Positions 9,608 through 20,291 are shown, counted from the first letter of the stretch. The stretch: 64,000 nucleotides of DNA from Lachnospiraceae bacterium (GCA_024687745.1 JAILEM010000013.1:559-64558), one strand, 5' to 3'. Notes: generated from the letters alone by a model not told the origin. Program-made: numbers and translations.

Positions 9608-10418
9608 AAGATCTCTGTGGTCCGGTCCGTATATATTGTGGATGATCGGATTTACTGTCATACCGTTTTGCATGATACTTCATTATGCACTTACCGACAG
9701 GGACGGTGCTTTTACGTTCAGAAATCTTTTGGCCATGTTTGAACCGGTCCATTTAAAAGCAATGACGGTTTCCGTAGAGGTCGCTTTTTTTTGCACGGTC
9801 ATCTGTATATTGCTTGCTTATCCGCTTGTCATCGCGATGAAAAGACTGGGGCTTTTTGGTAAAAGCTATACTATCTTGGTATTAATACTTCCGATGTGGA
9901 TCAATTTTATCCTGAGACTTCTTGCACTTCAGATGATACTCTCAAATAACGGAGTATTGAATCATATTTTTTCCATATTGGGTCTTCCGCCGCATGAGCT
10001 TGCAAATACCAGGACGGCGATGATGATAGGTATCGTGTATGATTATCTTCCCTACATGATCGTATCCATATATAATTCCGTTGCGGATATTGATGATGAT
10101 ATTATCGAGGCTGCAAGGGATCTTGGAGCCGGAAGTCTTACCGTTTTTTTCAGGATAATCCTTCCACTGTCCGTTCCGGGGCTCCTAAGCGGTATTGTTA
10201 TGGTATTTGTTCCTTCGATGACATCCTTTGTGACTGCCAATATTATGGCGGGGGGAAAGATACAGCTTATCGGAAATATCATAGAACAGGAATTTATAAC
10301 TACGATGGACTGGCATCTGGGATCCGGACTCTCGGTGATCCTGATGATCTTTGTTTTGCTGAGCATGGCATTCACATCAAGGAATGATCCTGACTATGGA
10401 ATGTCCAAGATATGGTAG
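9600..10418 (+). CDS. potB: spermidine/putrescine ABC transporter permease
   Basis: Six-TM permease with an EAA-type loop (IEAARDLGAG). The start overlaps the potA stop. Confidence 0.85.
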   Translation: MNKRSLWSGPYILWMIGFTVIPFCMILHYALTDRDGAFTFRNLLAMFEPVHLKAMTVSVEVAFFCTVICILLAYPLVIAMKRLGLFGKSYTILVLILPMWINFILRLLALQMILSNNGVLNHIFSILGLPPHELANTRTAMMIGIVYDYLPYMIVSIYNSVADIDDDIIEAARDLGAGSLTVFFRIILPLSVPGLLSGIVMVFVPSMTSFVTANIMAGGKIQLIGNIIEQEFITTMDWHLGSGLSVILMIFVLLSMAFTSRNDPDYGMSKIW

Positions 10419-10431
10419 GAAGGATGCTGTG

Positions 10432-11223
10432 ATGGAAAGACTTAAGAATTTTATATCAAAAGCATATATTTTTATAATACTGCTTTTTTTATATGCTCCC
10501 ATAGCAGTACTTATAGTATCCTCGTTCAACGATTCCAAATCAAGGGTAGTATGGGGAGGATTTACTCTCAGATGGTACAGAGGAGTATTTGAATCCGATC
10601 AGATAATGGATGCGTTATTTACAACTATGATCATATCCCTGTCCGCATCCCTTATCGCAACGGTTTTGGGAGTTATGGCGGCAATAGGGATATCAGCCAT
10701 GAAGAAGAGAAGCTATAAAGCGGTTATGGCCGTTAATAATATACCAATGGTCAATGCGGATATAGTTATAGGAATATCACTGATGCTCTGGTTTATAAAA
10801 TTTATGCCTTTAGGGTTTATGAGTGTTCTTCTTGCACATATTACCTTTGACGTTCCCTATGTTATCTTAAGCGTAATGCCAAAGCTTCAGCAGATGAACG
10901 TAAGCGTATATGAGGCAGCAAGGGACCTTGGGGCAAATGCGGTCTATGCATTTTTCAAGGTGGTGCTTCCGCAGCTTTACGGAGGGATTCTTTCGGGGTT
11001 TTTCCTTGCTTTTACCATATCAATGGATGACTTTGTGGTGACATATTTTACGAAAGGGGCAGGCGTTGATACCCTTTCAACACTTATATACGGAGAGTTG
11101 AAGAAGGGTATAAAACCGGAGATGTATGCCCTGTCAACAATAATTTTTGCACTTGTTCTTATAGTGCTCATAGTAGTTAACATATATTCCGGGAAAGAAG
11201 AAAGGGCCGTGATCGATCATTGA
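10432..11223 (+). CDS. potC: spermidine/putrescine ABC transporter permease
   Basis: Permease with an EAARDLGA loop. ATG at 10432 is preceded by AGGAAGGA with a 7-nt spacer. The track start at 10384 overlaps potB and has no RBS. Confidence 0.85.
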   Translation: MERLKNFISKAYIFIILLFLYAPIAVLIVSSFNDSKSRVVWGGFTLRWYRGVFESDQIMDALFTTMIISLSASLIATVLGVMAAIGISAMKKRSYKAVMAVNNIPMVNADIVIGISLMLWFIKFMPLGFMSVLLAHITFDVPYVILSVMPKLQQMNVSVYEAARDLGANAVYAFFKVVLPQLYGGILSGFFLAFTISMDDFVVTYFTKGAGVDTLSTLIYGELKKGIKPEMYALSTIIFALVLIVLIVVNIYSGKEERAVIDH

Positions 11224-11250
11224 CCCCGAAGGGATCAAAGGAGGAGTGAA

Positions 11251-12303
11251 ATGAAAAAAAAGTTTGTTGTGGTTGTCTTTATGGTACTGTTGATGTCTTC
11301 ATGCCTTATGTGCGGATGTAATAAGGCGGATGAGAATTCGATAACTGTTTTCAACTATGGTATGTATATGGATCCCGAAGTCCTGAAAATATTTGAGGAG
11401 GAGACGGGGATCAAAGTAAAATATGAAGAGGCACCTACTCCCGAAGAGCTGTATACAAAGTATAAATCCGGGGCAGTTAAGTATGATGTACTCTGCACGT
11501 CAGAGTATATGCTGCAGAGACTCATAAACGAGGGAGAGCTTCAGGAGGTTGACTTTAGTACTCTTAAGAACAGGGATAATATAGGTGATGAGTATTTTGA
11601 TATGTGCAAATCCTTTGACCCTGATAATAAGTATGTCATGCCCTATTTCTGGGGGACAGTCGGGATACTGTATGATAAGGAAAAGGTTCATGGGGATGTT
11701 GATACCTGGGACGTTTTGTTTAACGGAGAATATGCAGGTGAATTTATTATGCAGAATTCAATGAGAGATGCATATATGGTCGCGCTGAAGCAGCTCGGCT
11801 ACTCCATTAATACAACCAATGAAGCAGAGCTTAGAGAGGCACAGGAGCTTCTTATAGATCAAAAGCCTGATGTTCAGTCATATCTTGTTGATGAGGTAAA
11901 GGATGAACTGGTTGCGGGGAATGCCACTTTGGGTGTAGTATATTCAGGAGAGGGTTATTATGCCGGGGAGGAAAGAGAAGGACTTGTATATTGCATACCC
12001 AGGGAGGGAACAAATCTCTGGATCGATTGTTTCGGGGTTACAAAGGATTGCAAAAATGTAGATAACGCCATGAAATTTCTTGATTATCTCTGCAGAGAGG
12101 ATTGCGCAAAGATCAATTTTGATTATGTAAAATATGCTTCTCCCTATCTATCGGTTATCGAGACCATGACAGATAAAGAGAAGGCATCCTCAGCGATAAA
12201 TCCCTCAAAGGAGATAATCAACAACTGCGAGATATATGTTCAGCTTCCGCAGGAAACAACAGATCTGTTAAATGCTCTATGGAAGGAACTGAAGGCTGAA
12301 TAA
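11251..12303 (+). CDS. potD: polyamine ABC transporter substrate-binding lipoprotein
   Basis: Signal peptide with a lipobox-like LMCGC, and a PotD/PotF-like periplasmic binding fold. It is the last gene of the pot operon. Confidence 0.85.
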   Translation: MKKKFVVVVFMVLLMSSCLMCGCNKADENSITVFNYGMYMDPEVLKIFEEETGIKVKYEEAPTPEELYTKYKSGAVKYDVLCTSEYMLQRLINEGELQEVDFSTLKNRDNIGDEYFDMCKSFDPDNKYVMPYFWGTVGILYDKEKVHGDVDTWDVLFNGEYAGEFIMQNSMRDAYMVALKQLGYSINTTNEAELREAQELLIDQKPDVQSYLVDEVKDELVAGNATLGVVYSGEGYYAGEEREGLVYCIPREGTNLWIDCFGVTKDCKNVDNAMKFLDYLCREDCAKINFDYVKYASPYLSVIETMTDKEKASSAINPSKEIINNCEIYVQLPQETTDLLNALWKELKAE

Positions 12304-12329
12304 AGTAACTTATAATAAGGAGAAGGATT

Positions 12330-13556
12330 ATGTATTCACGTGAGGAGGCATTAAAGAAGCTTAAGAAATACGGTCAGGAGCATGTTCTTGATTTCTATGG
12401 TGATATAGATGAGGATAAAAGGAAGGCCCTGCTTGCCCAGATCGAAGAAACGGATTTTTCGGTACTTGAGCATACTTACTGTGAAAGTGATAAAAAAGAA
12501 GGGGTCATAGAACCCATAAAGGCGTTGCAGATAAAGGAGATCGAGGAAAAGAAGGCTTATTTTCTGCAGAAGGGATCAGAGGCTATCAAGGAGGGAAAGC
12601 TCGGAGCCGTATTGCTGGCAGGAGGAATGGGTACAAGGCTTGGCTTTGATGAGCCAAAGGGAATGTTTGATATAGGCATTACGAGGCACGTATATATTTT
12701 TATGAGGCTTATCGAAAATCTCATGAGTGTTACGGATGAATGCGGAAAATTCATTCATCTCTTTGTAATGACCAGTGAAAAGAATCATGATGATACAACC
12801 GCATTCTTTAAGGAGCATGACAATTTTGGCTACCCTTCGGAATATATACATTTCTTCAAACAGGAAATGGTGCCCGCAACTGATTATGAGGGAAAGGTCT
12901 ATATGGAGAGCCCTTACAGGATAGCAACCTCTCCTAACGGGAACGGAGGATGGTTTTCATCCCTTAACAGTGCCGGACTTATAGACCTTATGGATGAAAA
13001 GGATATCGAATGGCTTAATGTTTTTGCCGTGGATAATGTACTGCAGAAGATAGCGGATCCGGTTTTCCTTGGTGCGGTACTTGACGGAGGGTATGTATCA
13101 GGGTCAAAGGTGGTAAAAAAGGCTTCTCCCGATGAAAAGGTGGGTGTGATGTGCCTTAAGGATTCCCATCCGTCGATCGTTGAATATTATGAACTTACTG
13201 AAGAACTGATGGATACAAAGGACAGCTTCGGCGATCCGGCATACAACTTCGGAGTTATCCTTAACTACCTTTTCTCGGTAAGGGAGCTTAAAAGGATAAT
13301 GAACGAGAAAATGCCTCTTCATATCGTGGAGAAGAAGATACCTCATATAGATGAGAAGGGTGAATATATCGATCCCAAAGAGCCAAACGGCCATAAATAT
13401 GAGAAGCTGGTTCTTGATATGGTCGAGATGATGACGGATTGTCTTCCCTTTGAGGTGGAAAGGGATAAGGAATTTGCCCCGATCAAGAACAGGACCGGTA
13501 AGGATTCGGTTGATACCGCCAGGGCATTGCTTGAAAAAAACGGGTATAAGCTATAG
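12330..13556 (+). CDS. UDPGP-family (eukaryotic UAP-type) UDP-N-acetylhexosamine pyrophosphorylase
   Basis: LLAGGMGTRLG nucleotide-binding loop, SPNGNGG motif, 408 aa. Confidence 0.75.
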   Translation: MYSREEALKKLKKYGQEHVLDFYGDIDEDKRKALLAQIEETDFSVLEHTYCESDKKEGVIEPIKALQIKEIEEKKAYFLQKGSEAIKEGKLGAVLLAGGMGTRLGFDEPKGMFDIGITRHVYIFMRLIENLMSVTDECGKFIHLFVMTSEKNHDDTTAFFKEHDNFGYPSEYIHFFKQEMVPATDYEGKVYMESPYRIATSPNGNGGWFSSLNSAGLIDLMDEKDIEWLNVFAVDNVLQKIADPVFLGAVLDGGYVSGSKVVKKASPDEKVGVMCLKDSHPSIVEYYELTEELMDTKDSFGDPAYNFGVILNYLFSVRELKRIMNEKMPLHIVEKKIPHIDEKGEYIDPKEPNGHKYEKLVLDMVEMMTDCLPFEVERDKEFAPIKNRTGKDSVDTARALLEKNGYKL

Positions 13557-13582
13557 AATAACTGAAATATTTTAAAAATCGC

Positions 13583-13611
13583 TTGATTATTAAAGCATTT
13601 AATGCTATTAT
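13583..13611 (+). promoter_or_regulatory. candidate sigma-A promoter of the rimP-nusA-infB operon
   Basis: TTGATT (13583-13588), 17-nt spacer, TATTAT (13606-13611), with an A-rich tract upstream. Confidence 0.5.
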
Positions 13612-13636
13612 ATTCGAAGCTATAGTGTTGAGTATC

Positions 13637-13665
13637 AGAGTGGACTTTGCGTTCACTCTTTTTTA
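13637..13665 (+). terminator. intrinsic terminator-like hairpin in the rimP-nusA leader (or terminator of the upstream gene)
   Basis: AGAGUGGAC/GUUCACUCU, a 9-bp stem with one G-U pair and a 5-nt loop, followed by U6 (13659-13664). Confidence 0.6.
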
Positions 13666-13729
13666 TGGCATCGTCGCGGATATATATTGAGGATATTCCG
13701 GTAAGGACGATATTGTGGAAGGGATGATA

Positions 13730-14194
13730 ATGTCAAAACGGGAAGAATACGAAAAAAAGACAGAAGAGTTTTTACTTCCGATCCTTGAAGAACTGAAATT
13801 TGAACTCTGGGATGTTGAGTATGTAAAGGAAGGATCCGACCATTATTTAAGGGCATATATAGACAAGGAGGGCGGTATTACGATAGACGACTGCGTGGCA
13901 GTCAGCAGAAGGCTTTCCGATAAACTTGACGAGACAGATCTTATACCGGATGCATACATTTTAGAGGTCAGTTCGCCCGGACTTGGAAGAACATTAAAAA
14001 AAGACAGGGATCTGGAAAAGTCAATCGGAAGATCGGTGGATATAAAGCTTTATAAGGCAAAAGAGAACACCAAAGAATATACAGGGATCCTTAAAGAATA
14101 TGATAAGGAAAATATAAACATAGAAAACGAAGAAGGCAGCATTTGCTTTTTAAGAAGTGAAATCGCAAGCATAAAGCTGACCGTGGAATTATAA
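13730..14194 (+). CDS. rimP: ribosome maturation factor RimP
   Basis: Motifs LRAYIDKEGGITIDDC and EVSSPGLGR. ATG at 13730 follows the GGAAGGG RBS; the track GTG at 13715 overlaps that RBS. Confidence 0.9.
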   Translation: MSKREEYEKKTEEFLLPILEELKFELWDVEYVKEGSDHYLRAYIDKEGGITIDDCVAVSRRLSDKLDETDLIPDAYILEVSSPGLGRTLKKDRDLEKSIGRSVDIKLYKAKENTKEYTGILKEYDKENINIENEEGSICFLRSEIASIKLTVEL

Positions 14195-14230
14195 CTGATT
14201 CTTAAACCCATAAACCACAGGAGGAAGGAA

Positions 14231-15463
14231 ATGAACAACGAATTAATGGAAGCGATCGAAATGCTGGAAAAGGAGAAGGATATAAGCAGGGACATACTGT
14301 TTGATGCCATTGAAAACGGTTTCATTGCTGCTTATAAGAATCATTTCGTGAAAGCCGATAATATCAGGATAGATATGAACAGGGAAACTGCCGAATATAA
14401 GATATTTTCCGTGAGAACGGTAGTTGGATCACAGGAAGAGGTAACAGATCCCGTAACACAGATATCACTTGCGGATGCAAGAGTGATAAATGATAAGGCA
14501 GAGGTCGGAGAAACTGTAGATGTAGAGTTAAAATCAAAGGAATTCGGTCGTATCGCCGCATCTAATGCCAAGGGTGTCCTGCTTCAGACTATAAGGGAAG
14601 AGGAGAGGGCAGCTATAATAAGTCAGTTCTCTGACAAAGAAAAATCCGTAGTCACAGGTATAGTTCAGAGATATGTGGGAAGGAATATAAGTATCGATCT
14701 CGGAAAATCAGATGCCATACTTTCCGAAAATGAGCAGATCCCCACAGAGCATCTAAGACCTACCGAGAGAGTTAAGGTTTATATATATGAGGTAAAGCTC
14801 CCGGCAGATGATAAGAATAACGGAAGAAATTCAAACAGGAGACCCAAGATCCTTGTAAGCCGTACTCATCCCGAGCTTGTAAAAAAGCTTTTTGAGTCAG
14901 AGGTTACAGAGGTTAAGGATGGAACGGTAGAGATCAAATCCATTGCCAGAGAGGCCGGCAGCAGAACAAAGATAGCTGTATGGAGCAATGACCCCAACGT
15001 GGATCCGGTCGGCTCCTGCGTTGGTGTCAACGGTACAAGAGTAAATGCAATAGTTGAAGAACTCAGGGGTGAAAAGATAGATATAATCAACTGGGATGAA
15101 AATCCGGGTGTATTGATAGAGCATGCTCTTTCGCCCGCAAAGGTCGTATTTGTTATTGCAGATGATGAGGAAAAGACTGCAAAGGTTGTAGTTCCCGATT
15201 CACAGCTTTCCCTTGCGATCGGAAAAGAGGGACAGAATGCAAGACTTGCTGCAAAGCTCACAGGCTTTAAGATAGACATAAAATCCGAGACACAGGCTAA
15301 GGATGCACCTGGCTTCAGACTTGAAGACTATTATGATGATGAGTATGATGAAGAATACGAAGACGGCTATGATGAGGAGTATGAAGAGAATTATACCGAT
15401 GAGGCCGATGACGATTATAATGACGAACCGGGAGAGATTATTGAAGAAGGGTCGGATGAATGA
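14231..15463 (+). CDS. nusA: transcription termination/antitermination factor NusA
   Basis: S1 and KH domains (LSLAIGKEGQNARLAAKLTG). The ~45-aa C-terminal tail is rich in D, E and Y. Confidence 0.95.
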   Translation: MNNELMEAIEMLEKEKDISRDILFDAIENGFIAAYKNHFVKADNIRIDMNRETAEYKIFSVRTVVGSQEEVTDPVTQISLADARVINDKAEVGETVDVELKSKEFGRIAASNAKGVLLQTIREEERAAIISQFSDKEKSVVTGIVQRYVGRNISIDLGKSDAILSENEQIPTEHLRPTERVKVYIYEVKLPADDKNNGRNSNRRPKILVSRTHPELVKKLFESEVTEVKDGTVEIKSIAREAGSRTKIAVWSNDPNVDPVGSCVGVNGTRVNAIVEELRGEKIDIINWDENPGVLIEHALSPAKVVFVIADDEEKTAKVVVPDSQLSLAIGKEGQNARLAAKLTGFKIDIKSETQAKDAPGFRLEDYYDDEYDEEYEDGYDEEYEENYTDEADDDYNDEPGEIIEEGSDE

Positions 15464-15507
15464 TCTTTTCAAAATATTGATCAGGTGATCCGTAAAAGGA
15501 ATTATTC

Positions 15508-15777
15508 ATGGGTAAGACAGAACCACTCAGAAAATGTGTAAGCTGTAATGAGATGAAAGAAAAAAAAGATCTTATCAGGGTAATAAGGACAAAGGAGGGT
15601 GAGATCAGAATAGATGAAAAAGGAAAGGCTTCGGGACGTGGTGCTTATCTGTGCAGAGACAGAAAATGCATAGAGGATGCTTTGAAAAAAAAGAGACTTG
15701 AAACGGCATTGTCGATACAGATACCCGATGAGATAAAAGAAAGACTCAGGGAATCAGGTGAGGATCATGGGGAATGA
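15508..15777 (+). CDS. ylxR: YlxR/RnpM-family (DUF448) RNA-binding protein
   Basis: RKCVSCNE...GRGAYLC motif, with the conserved position between nusA and infB. Confidence 0.85.
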   Translation: MGKTEPLRKCVSCNEMKEKKDLIRVIRTKEGEIRIDEKGKASGRGAYLCRDRKCIEDALKKKRLETALSIQIPDEIKERLRESGEDHGE

Positions 15778-16078
15778 CAGAGTGATGGGTATGCTTTCCA
15801 TAGCAGCCAAGGCCGGAAAGCTTTCAAGCGGAGAGTATATGACGGAGTCTTCCGTTAAGGAAGGAAAGGCTAAGCTTGTTATAATAGCAGGTGACTCTTC
15901 CCAAAATACAAGGAAAAATTTTACGGATATGTGCAGCTTTTATAAGGTTCCGCTAAGGATATATTCAGACAAGGAGGGCCTTGGAAGGACTATAGGTAAG
16001 GAATTCAGAGCTTCTGTCGCAGTGCTTGATGAGGGTATTGCAAAAAAAATAATGGAATTAACGGATAATAAACAGTGA
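15767..16078 (+). CDS. ylxQ: L7Ae-family ribosome-associated protein YlxQ
   Basis: Aligns by eye with B. subtilis YlxQ as recalled ([11 protein letters not shown]...[10 protein letters not shown]). The start is ambiguous: GTG 15758, ATG 15767 or ATG 15785. Confidence 0.8.
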   Translation: MGNDRVMGMLSIAAKAGKLSSGEYMTESSVKEGKAKLVIIAGDSSQNTRKNFTDMCSFYKVPLRIYSDKEGLGRTIGKEFRASVAVLDEGIAKKIMELTDNKQ

Positions 16079-16094
16079 TTTGGAGGTAGTATTA

Positions 16095-18968
16095 ATGGCA
16101 AAGATGAGAATAAGTGCTTTTGCAAAGGAAATAGACAGGACAAGCAATGATATAATCAACTGTCTTACAGAACTTGGAATTGAAGGCAAGATGCATTCAT
16201 CTTCAATAGACGATGATGAACAGAAGAAGGTAAAGACAATGCTTTCAGGAGGTTCCGCTTCCAAAGAAGGATCCGTTAAGGTTAAAGCTGAGAATGACAG
16301 TGAAGGTGAAAAGCCTGTTAATGATAAAGAAAAAAACAAACAGACTCAAAAGAGTGTGAGAGAAGATACCGTAAACAGAAACGTAAGCGAGGGAAAACCT
16401 CGTCAGACACCAGAGGAAAGCGGCCAGAGAAAAAATCCCGCAGAGAAGGATATTAAGAAAAACGGAGAAAATATAAGGAATAATAGTGAACAACGACCCG
16501 TAATGAAGAGAAAGAAGCCTATAATAGTGGTAAGTAATCTTCAGAACTCCCAGTCAAGAACCAGAGGAGAAAGACAGGGACAGGGAGGAAGAGGTCAGCG
16601 TTTTCCGGACAATAATCAGAGAAACCAGTCAGCCTCCGGAAGGCCAAATACCAGCCAGCTTATAAAACCCAATGTTCCAAGATCCAATACGCATCTTGTT
16701 TATCAGGAAGAAAAGAATGGTGCATCAGTAAATGCCGAGGCAAAGTCAGGCAGCCAGAATGAAAGGGTGAGAAATGAAACTGCTGTCAGAAATAACGGAA
16801 ATGATCAGATCCAAAGAGATAAAGAAATTGTTAAAGATGTTAAACCGGCTCAGGTTAGCAGTGATATTCCTAACAGGAATAACAGCGATAATAATAACGG
16901 TCATAACAGAAATGCAGAATATAGAGCGGAGAAAGACAAACGCAATGTAACAGGCAGGAATAATAATACCCAGCAGCAGACACAGTCTGCAAAGAGGGGA
17001 CAGTTTGCCCAGAACAATCAGCAGAAGGATCAGGGATTTACAAAGGATAACGATCAGCACAGAGGAGATCAGAGACATAAGAACAGTGATAAGCATAAAA
17101 AAGATCAGAGCTATATGAACGAGGATGGCTTCCGCGGAGGTAAACAGGTCAAGGGTATAAAATCCAAGCTTGAGAAACCAGCGGAAAAGAAACCCGAGGT
17201 TAAGGAAGAAGAAAAGATCAAAGTCATTACACTTCCGGAGGTTCTCACGATCAAGGAGCTGGCAGATAAGATGAAGGTTCAGCCTGCTGTGATCATAAAG
17301 AAGCTCTTTATGCAGGGTAAGGTTGTAACCGTCAATCAGGAGATATCCTATGAACAGGCTGAAGAGATCGCAGTTGAGTTTGATATACTCTGTGAAAAGG
17401 AAGAGGTAGTAGACGTTATAGAGGAGCTTTTGAAGGAGGAAGAGGAAAGCACGGAGAATATGGTTACCCGTCCTCCCGTAATATGTGTTATGGGTCATGT
17501 TGATCATGGTAAGACATCTCTTCTTGATGCCATACGTTCGACTCACGTTATCGACCGTGAGGCAGGGGGGATCACACAGCATATCGGAGCTTATGTGGTA
17601 AATGTAGGAGGAAGGAAGATAACCTTCTTAGATACTCCCGGTCATGAAGCCTTTACAGCGATGAGAATGAGAGGAGCAAGCTCCACAGATATCGCGATCC
17701 TTGTTGTTGCCGCAGATGACGGTGTTATGCCTCAGACTGTTGAAGCGATAAATCACGCTAAGGCCGCAGGGATCGAAATAATCGTTGCCGTCAATAAGAT
17801 AGATAAACCCAGTGCAAATATAGACAGAGTCAAGCAGGAGCTCTCTGAGTATGAACTCATTCCCGAGGATTGGGGCGGAAGTACCGTATTTGCCCCGGTA
17901 TCAGCAAAGACGGGAGAGGGTATAGACCAGCTTTTGGAGATGATACTCTTGACGGCAGATATACTTGAACTTAAAGCAGACCCCAAACGTAAGGCAAGAG
18001 GTCTTGTTATAGAGGCAGAGCTTGATAAAGGAAGAGGCCCCGTTGCCACAGTGCTTGTACAGAAGGGTACCCTGAAGGTGGGAGATTTCATTGCCTGCGG
18101 TCCCTGTCACGGTAAGGTAAGAGCAATGATCGATGATAAGGGAAGAAGAGTAAAGGAAGCAGGGCCCTCCACGCCGGTAGAGATACTGGGTTTAAATGAT
18201 GTACCAAATGCAGGAGAGATATTTATCTCACCTGAGAATGATAAGGATGCAAAGCAGTTTGCCGAGACGTTCATATCCCAGAACAGGATAAAGATGCTTG
18301 ATGATACCAAGTCAAGGATGTCACTGGATAATCTCTTTGACCAGATCAAGTCAGCCAATCTTAAGGAGCTGAATATAATAGTCAAGGCAGATGTCCAGGG
18401 ATCGGTAGAGGCTGTCAAGGAAAGCCTTACAAAGCTCTCTAACGATGAAGTTGTAGTTAAGGTCATACACGGAGGAGTTGGCGCAATTAACGAATCCGAT
18501 GTGGTTCTTGCGGGAGCATCAAATGCGATCATAATAGGATTTAATGTCAGACCTGATGCGACAGCAAAGGGAATAGCCGATACCGAAGGTGTTGATATAA
18601 GACTGTATGATGTAATATACAAAGCTATTGAGGATGTAGAGGCTGCCATGAAGGGAATGCTCGATCCTGTATTTGAGGAAAAGGTCATAGGCCATGCAGA
18701 GATCAGGCAGATATTCAAGGCTTCCGGAATAGGGAACATAGCAGGCTCTTATGTGCTTGACGGATTGCTCCAGAGAGGATGCAAGGTAAGGATCTCCAGA
18801 GAGGGAGATCAGATATTTGAGGGACCGCTTGCTTCACTCAAACGCTTCAAGGATGATGTGAAGGAAGTCAAGGCAGGATTTGAATGCGGACTTGTATTTG
18901 ACGGATTTAATGACATACAGGAATTTGATACTGTAGAGGCCTACATAATGGTAGAGGTACCAAGATAA
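16095..18968 (+). CDS. infB: translation initiation factor IF-2
   Basis: GTPase motifs [14 protein letters not shown] and NKID. ATG at 16095 lies 8 nt after GGAGG. The N-terminal region is about 370 aa of low complexity. Confidence 0.95.
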   Translation: MAKMRISAFAKEIDRTSNDIINCLTELGIEGKMHSSSIDDDEQKKVKTMLSGGSASKEGSVKVKAENDSEGEKPVNDKEKNKQTQKSVREDTVNRNVSEGKPRQTPEESGQRKNPAEKDIKKNGENIRNNSEQRPVMKRKKPIIVVSNLQNSQSRTRGERQGQGGRGQRFPDNNQRNQSASGRPNTSQLIKPNVPRSNTHLVYQEEKNGASVNAEAKSGSQNERVRNETAVRNNGNDQIQRDKEIVKDVKPAQVSSDIPNRNNSDNNNGHNRNAEYRAEKDKRNVTGRNNNTQQQTQSAKRGQFAQNNQQKDQGFTKDNDQHRGDQRHKNSDKHKKDQSYMNEDGFRGGKQVKGIKSKLEKPAEKKPEVKEEEKIKVITLPEVLTIKELADKMKVQPAVIIKKLFMQGKVVTVNQEISYEQAEEIAVEFDILCEKEEVVDVIEELLKEEEESTENMVTRPPVICVMGHVDHGKTSLLDAIRSTHVIDREAGGITQHIGAYVVNVGGRKITFLDTPGHEAFTAMRMRGASSTDIAILVVAADDGVMPQTVEAINHAKAAGIEIIVAVNKIDKPSANIDRVKQELSEYELIPEDWGGSTVFAPVSAKTGEGIDQLLEMILLTADILELKADPKRKARGLVIEAELDKGRGPVATVLVQKGTLKVGDFIACGPCHGKVRAMIDDKGRRVKEAGPSTPVEILGLNDVPNAGEIFISPENDKDAKQFAETFISQNRIKMLDDTKSRMSLDNLFDQIKSANLKELNIIVKADVQGSVEAVKESLTKLSNDEVVVKVIHGGVGAINESDVVLAGASNAIIIGFNVRPDATAKGIADTEGVDIRLYDVIYKAIEDVEAAMKGMLDPVFEEKVIGHAEIRQIFKASGIGNIAGSYVLDGLLQRGCKVRISREGDQIFEGPLASLKRFKDDVKEVKAGFECGLVFDGFNDIQEFDTVEAYIMVEVPR

Positions 18969-19336
18969 TGAAGAAGAACAGTGTTAAAAATACCAGGATC
19001 AATTCAGAGGTCATGAGAGAGCTTTCAAATATAATAAGGACTGAGATAAAGGATCCGAGGATAGCACCCATAACAAGTGTCACAGAGGTGGATGTTGCTC
19101 CGGATCTGAGGACCTGTAAGGTGTGGATATCTGTCCTTGGAGATGAAAAAGCAAGAAATGATACGCTTCTTGGCCTTAAGAATGCGGAGGGGTATATAAG
19201 GCACGAGCTGGCAAATAATCTTAATCTCAGATATACGCCAAAGATAACCTTTTTGGCGGATACATCGATAGAATACGGGATAAAGATGTCAAAGCTCATA
19301 GATGAGGTAAGTAATAATGATAGACATCATCAGTGA
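18968..19336 (+). CDS. rbfA: ribosome-binding factor A
   Basis: Motifs RINSEVMRELSNII and DPRI. The ATG overlaps the infB stop (TAATG). Confidence 0.9.
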   Translation: MKKNSVKNTRINSEVMRELSNIIRTEIKDPRIAPITSVTEVDVAPDLRTCKVWISVLGDEKARNDTLLGLKNAEGYIRHELANNLNLRYTPKITFLADTSIEYGIKMSKLIDEVSNNDRHHQ

Positions 19337-20291
19337 AATAGGGGACTCAAAAAGAATAGCCATAATGGGGCATATGAGACCGGACGGAGATTGCGTTGGG
19401 GCCTGTCTCGGACTTAAGCTATATCTGGATAATGCACTTAAGGATGCAAAGGTAACTGTATTTCTTGAAAAACCTTCGGAAACATTCAGTTATATCAAAA
19501 ACTATGGAAATATAGATTCGGATTATGACTGTAAGGAAGCTCCGGATGTGTGTTTTTCGCTGGATTCAAGCACACCCGACAGACTCGGCGAGGGGCTTTT
19601 GATATTTAAAAGTGCAAAAAAGACCATATGTATCGATCATCATATTTCAAACAGGGGCTTTGCAATGATCAATCATATCGAGCCGGAGGCAAGCTCAACC
19701 TGTGAACTCCTTGCTCTTATGTTTGAAGACAGATATATGGATAAGGAGGTAGCGAAGGCATTATTTACCGGAATAATGCATGACAGCGGAGTTTTCCAGT
19801 ACAGCTGTATGTCAAGGCGCTCGTTTGAGGTTGTCGGCAGACTTTGTGATTACGATTTTGACAGGAGCAGGATAATAGATGAATCTTTTTATCAGAAAAG
19901 CTATGTTCAGAATCAGATACTTGGAAGAACCCTTCTAGAGAGTATATTGTTTATGGACGGGAAATGCATCGCCGGTTCCGTGGACAGGAAGACAATGGAT
20001 TTTTACAATATCACCTATAAGGATTTAGACGGGATAGTTAACCAGCTGAGGGTGACCAGGGGAGTTGAGGTTGCCATTTTTATGTATGAGATACACAGTC
20101 TTGAATATAAGGTAAGTATGAGATCGAACGGGAAGGTAGATGTCGCAAGGATCGCCACCCTCTTTGGAGGGGGAGGTCATGTAAGGGCAGCGGGCTGTAC
20201 CATGAACGGGACGATATATGATGTACTTAACAATCTTTCGCTTCATATCGAAGAACAGCTTAAGGCGATAGAAGATGCCGATGACCGATAA
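19317..20291 (+). CDS. nrnA: DHH/DHHA1 phosphoesterase (NrnA-like oligoribonuclease/pAp phosphatase)
   Basis: HMRPDGDCVGA, IDHH and GGGGH motifs. Confidence 0.8.
   Translation: MIDIISEIGDSKRIAIMGHMRPDGDCVGACLGLKLYLDNALKDAKVTVFLEKPSETFSYIKNYGNIDSDYDCKEAPDVCFSLDSSTPDRLGEGLLIFKSAKKTICIDHHISNRGFAMINHIEPEASSTCELLALMFEDRYMDKEVAKALFTGIMHDSGVFQYSCMSRRSFEVVGRLCDYDFDRSRIIDESFYQKSYVQNQILGRTLLESILFMDGKCIAGSVDRKTMDFYNITYKDLDGIVNQLRVTRGVEVAIFMYEIHSLEYKVSMRSNGKVDVARIATLFGGGGHVRAAGCTMNGTIYDVLNNLSLHIEEQLKAIEDADDR

Noticed and set aside
13574-13585. An identical 12-mer, AAAAATCGCTTG, spans the -35 region of two predicted promoters (13574-13585 upstream of rimP and 58433-58444 upstream of flgB).
   Set aside because: A shared 12-mer is not statistically remarkable in 64 kb of AT-rich DNA, where on the order of 100 such pairs are expected by chance window-wide. 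An A-tract plus TTG is simply what an UP-element and -35 look like. It is not treated as a regulatory motif without more instances.
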